A DNA stretch of 64,000 bases, from the NCBI GenBank assembly GCA_964016885.1, contig OZ024741.1:215140001-215204000 (forward strand), read 5' to 3'. This DNA comes from Eledone cirrhosa. Taxonomy: Eukaryota. Under the pieces are notes generated by a model. It made no database searches. It worked only from the letters and a program-made list of their open reading frames with translations, and was not told the DNA's origin. This document shows, in pieces, positions 11,623 to 26,600 of the stretch (positions are counted from its first letter, which is position 1; each line of letters begins with the position of its first letter). The position numbers and the translations under genes were made by a program.

Positions 11623-14600
11623 GTTTGGTCTTTAAATGGTAAGACTTGAANNNNNNNNNNNNNNNNNNNNNNNNNNNNNNNNNNNNNNNNNNNNNNNNNN
11701 NNNNNNNNNNNNNNNNNNNNNNNNNNNNNNNNNNNNNNNNNNNNNNNNNNNNNNNNNNNNNNNNNNNNNNNNNNNNNNNNNNNNNNNNNNNNNNNNNNNN
11801 NNNNNNNNNNNNNNNNNNNNNNNNNNNNNNNNNNNNNNNNNNNNNNNNNNCCTAGTTTGATCTTAAAATGGTAAGACTTGAACCTAGTTTGGTCTAAAAA
11901 TGGTGAGAATTGAACCTAGTTTGATCTTAAAATGGTAAGATTTGAACCTAGTTTGGTCTTAAATGGTAAGAATTGAACCTAGTTTGGTCTTCAAATGGTA
12001 AGACTTGAACCTAGTTTGGTCTTAAAATGGTAAGAATTGAACATAGTTTGGTCTTAAAATGTTAATACTTGAACCTAGTTTGGTCTTAAAATGGTAAGAA
12101 TTGAACCTAGTTTGATCATAAAATGGTAAGATTTGAACCTAGTTTGGTCTTAAAATGGTAAGAATTGAACCTAGTTTGGGCTTCAAATGGTAAGAATTTA
12201 ACGTATTTTGGTCTTTAAATGGTAAGAATTGAACCTAGTTTGGTCTTAAATGGTAAGAATTGAACCTAGTTTGGTCTTAAAATGGTAAGAATTGACCTAG
12301 TTTGGTCTTAAAATGGTAAGAATTGAACCTAGTGTGATCTTAAAATGGTAAGATTTGAACTTAATTTGGTCTTAAAATGGTAAGAATTGAACCTAGTTTG
12401 GTCTTAAAATGGTAAGAATTGAACCTAGTTTGGTCTTAAAATGGTAAGAATTGATCCTAGTTTGATCTTAAAATGGTAAGAAATGAACCTAGTTTGGTCT
12501 TCAGATGGTAAGATTTGAACCTAGTTTAGTCATAAAAGGGTAAGAATTGAACCTAGTTTGGTCTTTAAATGGTAAGACCTGAACCTAGTTTGGTCTTAAA
12601 ACGGTAAGAATTGAACCTAGTTTGGTCTTAAAATGGTAAGAATTGAACCTAGTTTGGTCTTAAAATGGTAAGACTTGAACCTAGTTTGGTCTAAAAATGG
12701 TGAGAATTGAACCTAGTTTGATCTTAAAATGGTAAGATTTGAACCTAGTTTGGTCTTAAAATGGTAAGAATTGAACCTAGTTTGGTCTTCAAATGGTAAG
12801 AATTGAACCTAGTTTGGTCTTAAAATGGTAAGAATTGAACATAGTTTGGTCTTAAAATGTTAATACTTGAACCTAGTTTGGTCTTAAAATGGTAAGAATT
12901 GAACCTAGTTTGATCATAAAATGGTAAGATTTGAACCTAGTTTGGTCTTAAAATGGTAAGAATTGAACCTAGTTTGGGCTTCAAATGGTAAGAATTTAAC
13001 GTATTTTGGTCTTTAAATGGTAAGAATTGAACCTAGTTTGGTCTTAAATGGTAAGAATTGAACCTAGTTTGGTCTTAAAATGGTAAGAATTGAACCTAGT
13101 TTGGTCTTAAAATGGTAAGAATTGAACCTAGTGTGATCTTAAAATGGTAAGATTTGAACTTAATTTGATCTTAAAATGGTAAGAATTGAACCTAGTTTGG
13201 TCTTAAAATGGTAAGAATTGAACCTAGTGTGATCTTAAAATGGTAAGATTTGAACTTAATTTGGCCTTAAAATGGTAAGAATTGAACCTAGTTTGGTCTT
13301 AAAATGGTAAGAATTGAACCTAGTTTGGTCTTAAAATGGTAAGAATTGATCCTAGTTTGATCTTAAAATGGTAAGAAATGAACCTAGTTTGGTCTTCAGA
13401 TGGTAAGATTTGAACCTAGTTTAGTCATAAAAGGGTAAGAATTGAACCTAGTTTGGTCTTCAAATGGAGACCTGAACCTAGTTTGGTCTTAAAACGGTAA
13501 GAATTGAACCTAGTTTGGTCTTAAAATGGTAAGAATTGAACCTAGTTTGGTCTTAAAATGGTAAGAATTGAACCTAGTTTGGCCTTAAAATGGTAAGAAT
13601 TGAACCTAGTTTGATCTTAAAATGGTAAGATTTGAACTTAATTTGGTCTTAAAATGTTAAGAATTGAACCTAGTTTGGTCTTAAAATGGTAAGAATTGAA
13701 CCTAGTTTGATCTTAAAATGGTAAGAATTGATCCTAGTTTGATCTTAAAATGGTAAGAAATGAACCTAGTTTGGTCTTCAGATGGTAAGTCTTTAACCTA
13801 GTTTGGTCTTAAAATGGTAAGAATTGAACCTAATTTGGTCTTAAAATGGTAAGACTTGAACCTAGTTTGGTCTTTAAATGGTAAGACTTGAACCTAGTTT
13901 GTTCTTTAAATGGTAAGAATTGAACCTAATTTGGTCTTATAATGGTAAGACTTGAACCTACTTTGGTCTTAAAATGGCAAGAATTGAACCTTGTTTGGTC
14001 TTTAAATGGTAAGACTTGAATCTCGTTTGTTCTTAAAATGGTAAGAATTCAACCTAGTTTGGTCTTAAAATGGTAAGAATTGAACCTAGTTTGATCTTAA
14101 AATGGTAAGATTTGAACTTAATTTGGTCTTAAAATGGTAAGAATTGAATCTAGTTTGGTCTTAAAATGGTAAGAATTGAACCTAGTTTGTTCTTAAAATG
14201 GTAAGAATTGAACCTAGTTTGGTCTTAAATGGTAAGAATTGAACCTAGTTTGGTCTTAAAATGGTAAGAATTGAACCTAGTTTGGCCTTAAAATGGTTAG
14301 AATTGAACCTAGTTTGGTCTTAAAATGGTAAGAATTGAACCTAGTTTGGTCTTTAAATGGTAAGACCTGAACCTAGTTTGGTCTTAAAACGGTAAGAATT
14401 GAACCTAGTTTGGTCTTAAAATGGTAAGAATTGAACCTAGTTTGGTCTTAAAATGGTAAGAATTGAACCTAGTTTGGCCTTAAAATGGTAAGAATTGAAC
14501 CTAGTTTGGTCTTAAAATGGTAAGAATTGATTCTAGTTTGATCTTAAAATGGTAAGAAATAAACCTAGTTTGGTCTTCAGATGGTAAGACTTTAACCTAG

Positions 14601-17600
14601 TTTGGTCTTAAAATGGTAAGACTTGAACCTAGTTTGGTCTTTAAATGGTAAGACTTGAACCTAGTTTGTTCTTTAAATGGTAAGACTTGAACCTAGTTTG
14701 GTCTTTAAATGGTAAGAATTGAACCTAATTTGGTCTTAAAATGGTAAGACTTGAACCTACTTTGGTCTTAAAATGGCAAGAATTGAACCGTGTTTGGTCT
14801 TTAAATGGTAAGACTTGAATCTAGTTTGTTCTTAAAATGGTAAGAATTGAACCTAGTTTGGTCTTAAATGGTAAGAATTGAACCTAGTTTGGTCTTAAAA
14901 TGGTAAGACTTAAACATAGTTTGGTCTTAAAATGGTAAAATTGAACCTAGTTTGGTCTTAAAATGGTAAGAATTGAACCCAGTTTGGTCTTAAAATGGTA
15001 AAATTTTAACCTAGTTTGATCTTAAAATTGTAAGACTTAAACCTAGTTTGGTCTTAACATGGTAAGAATTGAACCTAGTTTGGTCTTAAAATGGTAAGAC
15101 TTAAACCTAGTTTGGTCTTAAAATGGTAAGAATTGAACCTAGTTTGGTCTTAAAATGGTAAGACTTAAACCTAGTTTGGTCTTAAAATGGTAAGAATTGA
15201 ACCTAGTTTGGTCTTAAAATGGAAAGAATTGTACCTAGTTTGATCTTAAAATGGTAAGATTTGAACCTAGTTTAGTCATAAAAGGGTAAGAATTGAACCT
15301 AGTTTGGTCTTAAAATGGTAAGTATTGAACCCAGTTTGGTCTGAAAATGGTAAGAATTGAACCTAGTTTGGTCTTAAAATGGTAACAATTGAACCTAGTT
15401 TGATCTTAAAATGGTAAGATTTGAACTTTATTTGGTCTTAAAATGGTAAGAATTGAACCTAGTTTGGTCTTAAAATGGTAAGAATTGAACCTAGTTTGGT
15501 CTTAAAATGGTAACAATTGAACCTAGTTTGATCTTAAAATGGTAAGATTTGAACTTTATTTGGTCTTAAAATGGTAAGATTTGAACTTTATTTGGTCTTA
15601 AAATGGTAAGACTTAAACCTAGTTTGGTCTTAAAATGGTAAAATTGAACCTAGTTTGGTCTTAAAATGGTAAGAATTGAACCCAGTTTGGTCTTAAAATG
15701 GTAAAATTTTAACCTAGTTTGATCTTAAAATGGTAAGACTTGAACCTAGTTTGGTCTAAAAATGGTGAGAATTGAACCTAGTTTGATCTTAAAATGGTAA
15801 GATTTGAACCTAGTTTGGTCTTAAATGGTAAGAATTGAACCTAGTTTGGTCTTCAAATGGTAAGACTTGAACCTAGTTTGGTCTTAAAATGGTAAGAATT
15901 GAACATAGTTTGGTCTTAAAATGTTAATACTTGAACCTAGTTTGGTCTTAAAATGGTAAGAATTGAACCTAGTTTGATCATAAAATGGTAAGATTTGAAC
16001 CTAGTTTGGTCTTAAAATGGTAAGAATTGAACCTAGTTTGGGCTTCAAATGGTAAGAATTTAACGTATTTTGGTCTTTAAATGGTAAGAATTGAACCTAG
16101 TTTGGTCTTAAATGGTAAGAATTGAACCTAGTTTGGTCTTAAAATGGTAAGAATTGACCTAGTTTGGTCTTAAAATGGTAAGAATTGAACCTAGTGTGAT
16201 CTTAAAATGGTAAGATTTGAACTTAATTTGGTCTTAAAATGGTAAGAATTGAACCTAGTTTGGTCTTAAAATGGTAAGAATTGAACCTAGTTTGGTCTTA
16301 AAATGGTAAGAATTGATCCTAGTTTGATCTTAAAATGGTAAGAAATGAACCTAGTTTGGTCTTCAGATGGTAAGATTTGAACCTAGTTTAGTCATAAAAG
16401 GGTAAGAATTGAACCTAGTTTGGTCTTTAAATGGTAAGACCTGAACCTAGTTTGGTCTTAAAACGGTAAGAATTGAACCTAGTTTGGTCTTAAAATGGTA
16501 AGAATTGAACCTAGTTTGGTCTTAAAATGGTAAGAATTGAACCTAGTTTGGCCTTAAAATGGTAAGAATTGAACCTAGTTTGATCTTAAAATGGTAAGAT
16601 TTGAACTTAATTTGGTCTCAAAATGTTAAGAATTGAACCTAGTTTGGTCTTAAAATGGTAAGACCTGAACCTAGTTTGGTCTTAAAATGGTAAGAATTGA
16701 ACCCAGTTTGGTCTGAAAATGGTAAGAATTGAACCTAGTTTGGTCTTAAAATGGTAAGAATTGAACCTAGTTTGGTCTTAAAATGGTAAGAATTGAACCT
16801 AGTTTGGTCTTAAAATGGTAAGACTTGAACCTAGTTTGGTCTTTAAATGGTAAGACTTGAACCTAGTTTGTTCTTTAAATGGTAAGACTTGACCGTAGTT
16901 TGGTCTTTAAATGGTAAGAATTGAACCTAATTTGGTCTTAAAATGGTAAGACTTGAACCTACTTTGGTCTTAAAATGGCAAGAATTGAACCTTGTTTGGT
17001 CTTTAAATGGTAAGACTTGAATCTAGTTTGTTCTTAAAATGGTAAGAATTGAACCTAGTTTGGTCTTAAATTGTAAGAATTGAACCTAGTTTGGTCTTAA
17101 AATGGTAAGACTTAAACCTAGTTTGGTCTTAAAATGGTAAAATTGAACCTAGTTTGGTCTTAAAATGGTAAGAATTGAACCCAGTTTGGTCTTAAAATGG
17201 TAAAATTTTAACCTAGTTTGGTCTTAAATTGGTAAGAATTGAACATAGTTTGGTCTTAAAATGGTAAGAATTGAACCTAGTTTGGACTTAAAATGGTATG
17301 AATTGAACCTAGTTTGGTCTTAAAATGGTAACAATTGAACCTAGTTTGGTCTTAAAATGGTAAGATTTGAACTTTATTTGGTCTTAAAATGGTAAGACTT
17401 AAACCTAGTTTGGTCTTAAAATGGTAAAATTGAACCTAGTTTGGTCTTAAAATGGTAAGAATTGAACCCAGTTTGGTCTTAAAATGGTAAAATTTTAACC
17501 TAGTTTGATCTTAAAATGGTAAGACTTGAACCTAGTTTGGTCTAAAAATGGTGAGAATTGAACCTAGTTTGATCTTAAAATGGTAAGATTTGAACCTAGT

Positions 17601-20600
17601 TTGGTCTTAAAATGGTAAGAATTGAACCTAGTTTGGTCTTCAAATGGTAAGACTTGAACCTAGTTTGGTCTTAAAATGGTAAGAATTGAACATAGTTTGG
17701 TCTTAAAATGTTAATACTTGAACCTAGTTTGGTCTTAAAATGGTAAGAATTGAACCTAGTTTGATCATAAAATGGTAAGATTTGAACCTAGTTTGGTCTT
17801 AAAATGGTAAGAATTGAACCTAGTTTGGGCTTCAAATGGTAAGAATTTAACGTATTTTGGTCTTTAAATGGTAAGAATTGAACCTAGTTTGGTCTTAAAT
17901 GGTAAGAATTGAACCTAGTTTGGTCTTAAAATGGTAAGAATTGAACCTAGTTTGGTCTTAAAATGGTAAGAATTGAACCTAGTGTGATCTTAAAATGGTA
18001 AGATTTGAACTTAATTTGATCTTAAAATGGTAAGAATTGAACCTAGTTTGGTCTTAAAATGGTAAGAATTGAACCTAGTTTGGTCTTAAAATGGTAAGAA
18101 TTGATCCTAGTTTGATCTTAAAATGGTAAGAAATGAACCTAGTTTGGTCTTCAGATGGTAAGATTTGAACCTAGTTTAGTCATAAAAGGGTAAGAATTGA
18201 ACCTAGTTTGGTCTTTAAATGGTAAGACCTGAACCTAGTTTGGTCTTAAAACGGTAAGAATTGAACCTAGTTTGGTCTTAAAATGGTAAGAATTGAACCT
18301 AGTTTGGTCTTAAAATGGTAAGAATTGAACCTAGTTTGGCCTTAAAATGTTAAGAATTGAACCTAGTTTGATCTTAAAATGGTAAGATTTGAACTTAATT
18401 TGGTCTTAAAATGTTAAGAATTGAACCTAGTTTGGTCTTAAAATGGTAAGACCTGAACCTAGTTTGGTCTTAAAATGGTAAGAATTGAACCCAGTTTGGT
18501 CTGAAAATGGTAAGAATTGATCCTAGTTTGGTCTTAAAATGGTAAGAATTGAACCTAGTTTGGTCTTAAAATGGTAAGAATTGAACCTAGTTTGGTCTTA
18601 AAATGGTAAGACTTGAACCTAGTTTGGTCTTTAAATGGTAAGACTTGAACCTAGTTTGTTCTTTAAATGGTAAGACTTGACCGTAGTTTGGTCTTTAAAT
18701 GGTAAGAATTGAACCTAATTTGGTCTTAAATTGGCAAGAATTGAACCTTGTTTGGTCTTTAAATGGTAAGACTTGAAACTAGTTTGTTCTTAAAATGGTA
18801 AGAATTGAACCTAGTTTGGTCTTAAATTGTAAGAATTGAACCTAGTTTGGTCTTAAAATGGTAAGACTTAAACCTAGTTTGGTCTTAAAATGGTAAAATT
18901 GAACCTAGTTTGGTCTTAAAATGGTAAGAATTGAACCCAGTTTGGTCTTAAAATGGTAAAATTTTAACCTAGTTTGATCTTAAAATGGTAAGACTTGAAC
19001 CTAGTTTGGTCTAAAAATGGTAAGAATTGAACCTAGTTTGGTCTTAAAATGGTAAGAATTGAACATAGTTTGGTCTTAAAATGGTAATACTTGAACCTAG
19101 TTTGGTCTTAAAATGGTAAGAATTGAACCTAGTTTGATCATAAAATGGTAAGATTTGAACCTAGTTTGGTCTTAAAATGGTAAGAATTGAACCTAGTTTG
19201 GGCTTCAAATCGTAAGAATTTAACGTATTTTGGTCTTTAAATGGTAAGAATTGAACCTAGTTTGGTCTTAAATGATAAGAATTGAACCTAGTTTGGTCTT
19301 AAAGTGGTAAGAATTGAACCTAGTTTGGTCTTAAAATGGTAAGAATTGAACCTAGTGTGATCTTAAAATGGTAAGATTTGAACTTAATTTGGTCTTAAAA
19401 TGGTAAGAATTGAACCTAGTTTGGTCTTAAAATGGTAAGAATTGAACCTAGTTTGGTCTTAAAATGGTAAGAATTGATCCTAGTTTGATCTTAAAATGGT
19501 AAGAAATTAACCTAGTTTGGTCTTCAGATGGTAAGATTTGAACCTAGTTTAGTCATAAAAGGGTAAGAATTGAACCTAGTTTGGTCTTCAAATGGTAAGA
19601 CCTGAACCTAGTTTGGTCTTAAAACGGTAAGAATTGAACCTAGTTTGGTCTTAAAATGGTAAGAATTGAACCTAGTTTGGTCTTAAAATGGTAAGAATTG
19701 AACCTAGTTTGGCCTCAAAAATGGTAAGAATTGAACCTAGTTTGATCTTAAAATGGTAAGATTTGAACTTAATTTGGTCTTAAAATGTTAAGAATTGAAC
19801 CTAGTTTGGTCTTAAAATGGTAAGAATTGAACCTAGTTTGGTCTTAAAATGGTAAGAATTGATCCTAGTTTGATCTTAAAATGGTAAGAAATGAACCTAG
19901 TTTGGTCTTCAGATGGTAAGACTTTAACCTAGTTTGGTCTTAAAATGGTAAGAATTGAACCTAGTTTGGTCTTAAAATGGTAAGACTTGAACCTAGTTTG
20001 GTCTTTAAATGGTAAGACTTGAACCTAGTTTGTTCTTTAAATGGTAAGAATTGAACCTAATTTGGTCTTATAATGGTAAGACTTGATCCTACTTTGGTCT
20101 TAAAATGGCAAGAATTGAACCTTGTTTGGTCTTTAAATGGTAAGACTTGAATCTCGTTTGTTCTTAAAATGGTAAGAATTGAACCTAGTTTGGTCTTAAA
20201 ATGGTAAGAATTGAACCTAGTTTGTTCTTAAAAATGGTAAGAATTGAACCTAGTTTCGTCTTAAATGGTAAGAATTGAACCTAGTTTGGTCTTAAAATGG
20301 TAAGAATTGAACCTAGTTTGGCCTTAAAATGGTTAGAATTGAACCTAGTTTGATCTTAAAATGGTAAGATTTGAACTTAATTTGGTCTTAAAATGTTAAG
20401 AATTGAACCTAGTTTGGTCTTAAAATGGTAAGAATTGAACCTAGTTTGGTCTTAAAATGGTAAGAATTGATTCTAGTTTGATCTTAAAATGGTAAGAAAT
20501 GAACCTAGTTTGGTCTTCAGATGGTAAGACTTTAACCTAGTTTGGTCTTCAAATGGTAAGAATTGAACCTAGTTTGGTCTTAAAATGGTAAGACTTGAAC

Positions 20601-23600
20601 CTAGTTTGGTCTTTAAATGGTAAGACTTGAACCTAGTTTGTTCTTTAAATGGTAAGACTTGAACCTAATTTGGTCTTAAAATGGTAAGACTTGAACCTAC
20701 TTTTGGTCTTAAAATGGCAAGAATTGAACCTTGTTTGGTCTTTAAATAGTAAAACTTGAACCTAGTTTGGTCTTAAAATGGTAAGACTTAAACATAGTTT
20801 GGTCTTAAAATGGTAAAATTGAACCTAGTTTGGTCTTAAAATGGTAAGAATTGAACCCAGTTTGGTCTTAAAATGGTAAAATTTTAAACTAGTTTGATCT
20901 TAAAATTGTAAGACTTGAACCTAGTTTGGTCTTAAAATGGTAAGAATTGAACCTAGTTTGGTCTTAAAATAGTAAGACTTAAACCTAGTTTGGTCTTAAA
21001 ATGGTAAGAATTGAACCTAGTTTGGTCTTAAAATGGTAAGACTTAAACCTAGTTTGGTCTTAAAATGGTAAGAATTGAACCTAGTTTGGTCTTAAAATGG
21101 TAAGAATTGACATAGTTTGGTCTTAAATGGTAAGAATTGAACCTAGTTTGATCTTAAAAATGGTAAGACTTTAACCTAGTTTGGTCTTGAAATGGTAAAA
21201 TTGAACCTAGTTTGGTCTAAAAATGGTAAGAATTGAACCTACTTTGGTCTTAAAATGGTAAGATTTGAACCTAGTTTGATCTTAAAATGGTAAGACTTGA
21301 ACCTAGTTTGGTCTTAAAATTGTAAGAATTGAACCTAGTTTGGTCATAAAATGGTAAGAATTATACTTTGTTTGGTCTTAAAATGGTAAGAATTGAACCT
21401 ATTTTGGTCTTAAAATGGTAAGAATTGAACCTAGTTTGGTCTTTAAATGGTAAGACTTGATCCTAATTTGGTCTTAAAATGGTAAGAATTGGACCAAGTT
21501 TGATCTTTAAATGGTAAGACTTGAACCTAGTTTGATCTTAAAATGGTAAGAATTGAACCTAGTTTGATCTTAAAATGGTAAGAATTTAACCTAGTTTGAT
21601 CTTAAAATGGTAAGAATTGAACCTAGTTTGGTCTTAAAATGGTAAGAATTGAAGAATTGAACCTAGGTTGATCTTTAAATGGTAAGAATTGAACCTAATT
21701 TGATCTTAAAAGAGAGTTTAGCAACCAGTTTATATTTGAGGATTATTAGGTAGTTCTAATTTATGTGTTGTGCTTTTGTTGTTGTGCTTGTTGTGCCTGT
21801 TGTCGTTGTCGTTGTTGTCGTTGTTGTTGTTGTCATTGTTGGCGGCGGTGGTGTGGTGGTGGTGGTTGTTGTTGCTATTTGTGTTGTTGGTGTGCCTGTT
21901 GTTGTTATTTGCGGTGGTGGTACTTGTGCTTGTTGTTGCTGTTGTCGTTGTTGCTGTTGTTGTGCTAATTGTTGTTGTTGTTGTTGTTGCTGTTGTGCTT
22001 GTTGGTAAGTATTGAACCTAGTTTGGTCTTAAAATGGTAAGAATTGAGCCTAGTTTGGTCTTCAAATGAAAGAATTGAACATAGTTTGGTCTTAAAATGG
22101 TAACAATTGAACCTAGTTTGGACTTAAAATGGTAAGAATTGAACCTAGTTTGGTCTTAAAATGGTAAGAATTGAACCTAGTTTGATTTTAAAATGGTAAG
22201 AATTGAAGCTAGTTTGATATTAAAATTTTAAGACTTGAACCTAGTTTGGTCTTAAAATGGTAAGAATTGAAGCTAGTTTGGTCTTAAAATGGTAATAATT
22301 GAACCTAGTTTGGTCTTAAATTGGTAAGAATTGAACATAGTTTGGTCTTAAAATGGTAACAATTGAACCTAGTTTGGACTTAAAATGGTAAGAATTGAAC
22401 CTAGTTTGGTCTTAAAATGGTAAGAATTGAACCTAGTTTGATTTTAAAATGGTAAGAATTGAAGCTAGTTTGATGTTAAAATTTTAAGACTTGAACCTAG
22501 TTTGGTCTTAAAATGGTAAGAATTGAACCTAGTTTGGTCTCTAAATGGTAAGACTTGATCCTAATTTGGTCTTAAAATGGTAAGAATTGAACCTAGTTGG
22601 TCTTCAAATGGTAAGACTTGAACCTAGTTTTGGTCTTAAAATGGTAATACTTGAACCTAGTTTGGTCTTAAAATGGTAAGAATTGAACCTAGTTTGATCA
22701 TAAAATGGTAAGATTTGAACCTAGTTTGGTCTTAAAATGGTAAGAATTGAACCTAGTTTGGGCTTCAAATGGTAAGAATTTAACGTATTTTGGTCTTTAA
22801 ATGGTAAGAATTGAACCTAGTTTGGTCTTAAATGGTAAGAATTGAACCTAGTTTGGTCTTAAAATGGTAAGAATTGAACCTAGTTTGGTCTTAAAATGGT
22901 AAGAATTGAACCTAGTTTGGTCTTAAAATGGTAAGAATTGATCCTAGTTTGATCTTAAAATGGTAAGAAATGAACCTAGTTTGGTCTTCAGATGGTAAGA
23001 TTTGAACCTAGTTTAGTCATAAAAGGTTAAGAATTGAACCTAGTTTAGTCTTCAAATGGTAAGACCTGAACCTAGTTTGGTCTTAAAACGGTAAGAATTG
23101 AACCTAGTTTGGTCTTAAAATGGTAAGAATTGAACCTAGTTTGGTCTTAAATTGGTAAGAATTGAACCTAGTTTGGCCTTAAAATGGTAAGAATTGAACC
23201 TAGTTTGATCTTAAAATGGTAAGATTTGAACTTAATTTGGTCTTAAAATGTTAAGAATTGAACCTACTTTGGTCTTAAAATGGTAAGAATTGAACCTAGT
23301 TTGGTCTTAAAATGGTAAGAATTGATCCTAGTTTGATCTTAAAATGGTAAGAAATGAACGTAGTTTGGTCTTCAGATGGTAAGACTTTAACCTAGTTTGG
23401 TCTTAAAATGGTAAGAATTGAACCTAGTTTGGTCTTAAAATGGTAAGACTTGAACCTAGTTTGGTCTTTAAATGGTAAGACTTGAACCTAGTTTGTTCTT
23501 TAAATGGTAAGAATTGAACCTAATTTGGTCTTATAATGGTAAGACTTGAACCTACTTTGGGTCTTAAAATGGCAAGAATTGAACCTTGTTTGGTCTTTAA

Positions 23601-26600
23601 ATGGTAAGACTTGAATCTCGTTTGTTCTTAAAATGGTAAGAATTGAACCTAGTTTGGTCTTAAATGGTAAGAATTGAACCTAGTTTGGTCTTAAAATGGT
23701 AAGAATTGAAGAATTGAACCTAGGTTGATCTTTAAATGGTAAGAATTGAACCTAATTTGATCTTAAAAGAGAGTTTAGCAACCAGTTTATATTTGAGGAT
23801 TATTAGGTAGTTCTAATTTATGTGTTGTGCTTTTGTTGTTGTGCTTGTTGTGCCTGTTGTCGTTGTCGTTGTTGTCGTTGTTGTTGTTGTCATTGTTGGC
23901 GGCGGTGGTGTGGTGGTGGTGGTTGTTGTTGCTATTTGTGTTGTTGGTGTGCCTGTTGTTGTTATTTGCGGGTGGTGGTACTTGTGCTTGTTGTTGCTGT
24001 TGTCGTTGTTGCTGTTGTTGTGCTAATTGTTGTTGTTGTTGTTGTTGCTGTTGTGCTTGTTGGTAAGTATTGAACCTAGTTTGGTCTTAAAATGGTAAGA
24101 ATTGAGCCTAGTTTGGTCTTCAAATGGAAAGAATTGAACATAGTTTGGTCTTAAAATGGTAACAATTGAACCTAGTTTGGACTTAAAATGGTAAGAATTG
24201 AACCTAGTTTGGTCTTAAAATGGTAAGAATTGAACCTAGTTTGATTTTAAAATTGTAAGAATTGAAGCTAGTTTGATATTAAAATTTTAAGACTTGAACC
24301 TAGTTTGGTCTTAAAATGGTAAGAATTGAAGCTAGTTTGGTCTTAAAATGGTAATAATTGAACCTAGTTTGGTCTTAAATTGGTAAGAATTGAACATAGT
24401 TTGGTCTTAAAATGGTAACAATTGAACCTAGTTTGGACTTAAAATGGTAAGAATTGAACCTAGTTTGGTCTTAAAATGGTAAGAATTGAACCTAGTTTGA
24501 TTTTAAAATGGTAAGAATTGAAGCTAGTTTGATGTTAAAATTTTAAGACTTGAACCTAGTTTGGTCTTAAAAATGGTAAGAATTGAACCTAGTTTGGTCT
24601 CTAAATGGTAAGACTTGATCCTAATTTGGTCTTAAAATGGTAAGAATTGAACCTAGTTTGGTCTTCAAATGGTAAGACTTGAACCTAGTTTGGTCTTAAA
24701 ATGGTAATACTTGAACCTAGTTTGGTCTTAAAATGGTAAGAATTGAACCTAGTTTTGATCATAAAATGGTAAGATTTGAACCTAGTTTGGTCTTAAAATG
24801 GTAAGAATTGAACCTAGTTTGGGCTTCAAATGGTAAGAATTTAACGTATTTTGGTCTTTAAATGGTAAGAATTGAACCTAGTTTGGTCTTAAAATGGTAA
24901 GAATTGATCCTAGTTTGATCTTAAAATGGTAAGAAATGAACCTAGTTTGGTCTTCAGATGGTAAGACTTTAACCTAGTTTGGTCTTAAAATGATAAGAAT
25001 TGAACCTAGTTTGGTCTTAAAATGGTAAGACTTGAACCTAGTTTGGTCTTTAAATGGTAAGACTTGAACCTAGTTTGTTCTTTAAATGGTAAGAATTGAA
25101 CCTAATTTGGTCTTATAATGGTAAGACTTGAACCTACTTTGGTCTTAAAATGGCAAGAATTGAACCTTGTTTGGTCTTTAAATGGTAAGACTTGAATCTC
25201 GTTTGTTCTTAAAATGGTAAGAATTGAACCTAGTTTGGTCTTAAATGGTAAGAATTGAACCTAGTTTGGTCTTAAAATGGTAAGACTTAAACATAGTTTG
25301 GTCTTAAAATGGTAAAATTGAACCTAGTTTGGTCTTAAAATGGTAAGAATTGAACCCAGTTTGGTCTTAAAATGGTAAAATTTTAACCTAGTTTGATCTT
25401 AAAATTGTAAGACTTGAACCTAGTTTGGTCTTAAAATGGTAAGAATTGAACCTAGTTTGGTCTTAAAATGGTAAGACTTAAACCTAGTTTGGTCTTAAAA
25501 TGGTAAGAATTGAACCTAGTTTGGTCTTAAAATGGTAAGACTTAAACCTAGTTTGGTCTTAAAATGGTAAGAATTGAACCTAGTTTTGTCTTAAAATGGT
25601 AAGAATTGAACATAGTTTGGTCTTAAATGGTAAGAATTGAACCTAGTTTGATCTTAAAATGTTAAGACTTTAACCTAGTTTGGTCTTAAAATGGTAAAAT
25701 TGAACCTAGTTTTGTCTAAAAATGGTAAGAATTGAACCTACTTTGGTCTTAAAATCGTAAGATTTGAACCTAGTTTGATCTTAAAATGGTAAGACTTGAA
25801 CCTAGTTTGGTCTTAAAATGGTAAGAATTGAACCTAGTTTGGTCATAAAATGGTAAGAATTATACTTTGTTTGGTCTTAAAATGGTAAGAATTGAACCTA
25901 TTTGGTCTTAAAATGGTAAGAATTGAACCTAGTTTGGTCTTTAAATGGTAAGACTTGATCCTAATTTGGTCTTAAATGGTAAGAATTGAACCAAGTTTGA
26001 TCTTTAAATGGTAAGACTTGAACCTAGTTTGATCTTAAAATGGTAAGAATTGAACCTAGTTTGATCTTAAAATGGTAAGAATTGAACCTAGTTTGATCTT
26101 AAAATGGTAAGAATTGAACCTAGTTTGGTCTTAAAATGGTAAGAATTGAAGAATTGAAACTAGGTTGATCTTTAAATGGTAAGAATTGAACCTAATTTGA
26201 TCTTAAAAGAGAGTTTAGCAACCAGTTTATATTTGAGGATTATTAGGTAGTTCTAATTTATGTGTTGTGCTTTTGTTGTTGTGCTTGTTGTGCCTGTTGT
26301 CGTTGTCGTTGTTGTCGTTGTTGTTGTTGTCATTGTTGGCGGCGGTGGTGTGGTGGTGGTGGTTGTTGTTGCTATTTGTGTTGTTGGTGGTGCCTGTTGT
26401 TGTTATTTGCGGTGGTGGTACTTGTGCTTGTTGTTGCTGTTGTCGTTGTTGCTGTTGTTGTGCTAATTGTTGTTGTTGTTGTTGCTGTTGTGCTTGTTGG
26501 TAAGTATTGAACCTAGTTTTGGTCTTAAAATGGTAAGAATTGAGCCTAGTTTGGTCTTCAAATGGAAAGAATTGAACCTAGTTTGGTCTTTAAATGGTAA

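Noticed and set aside
21763-22015. Repeated ~80-aa Cys/Val/Leu-rich ORFs resembling metallothionein or membrane peptides
   Set aside because: All three frames are open because of GTT repeats, copies carry frameshifting indels, and the terminal source copy lacks the ATG.
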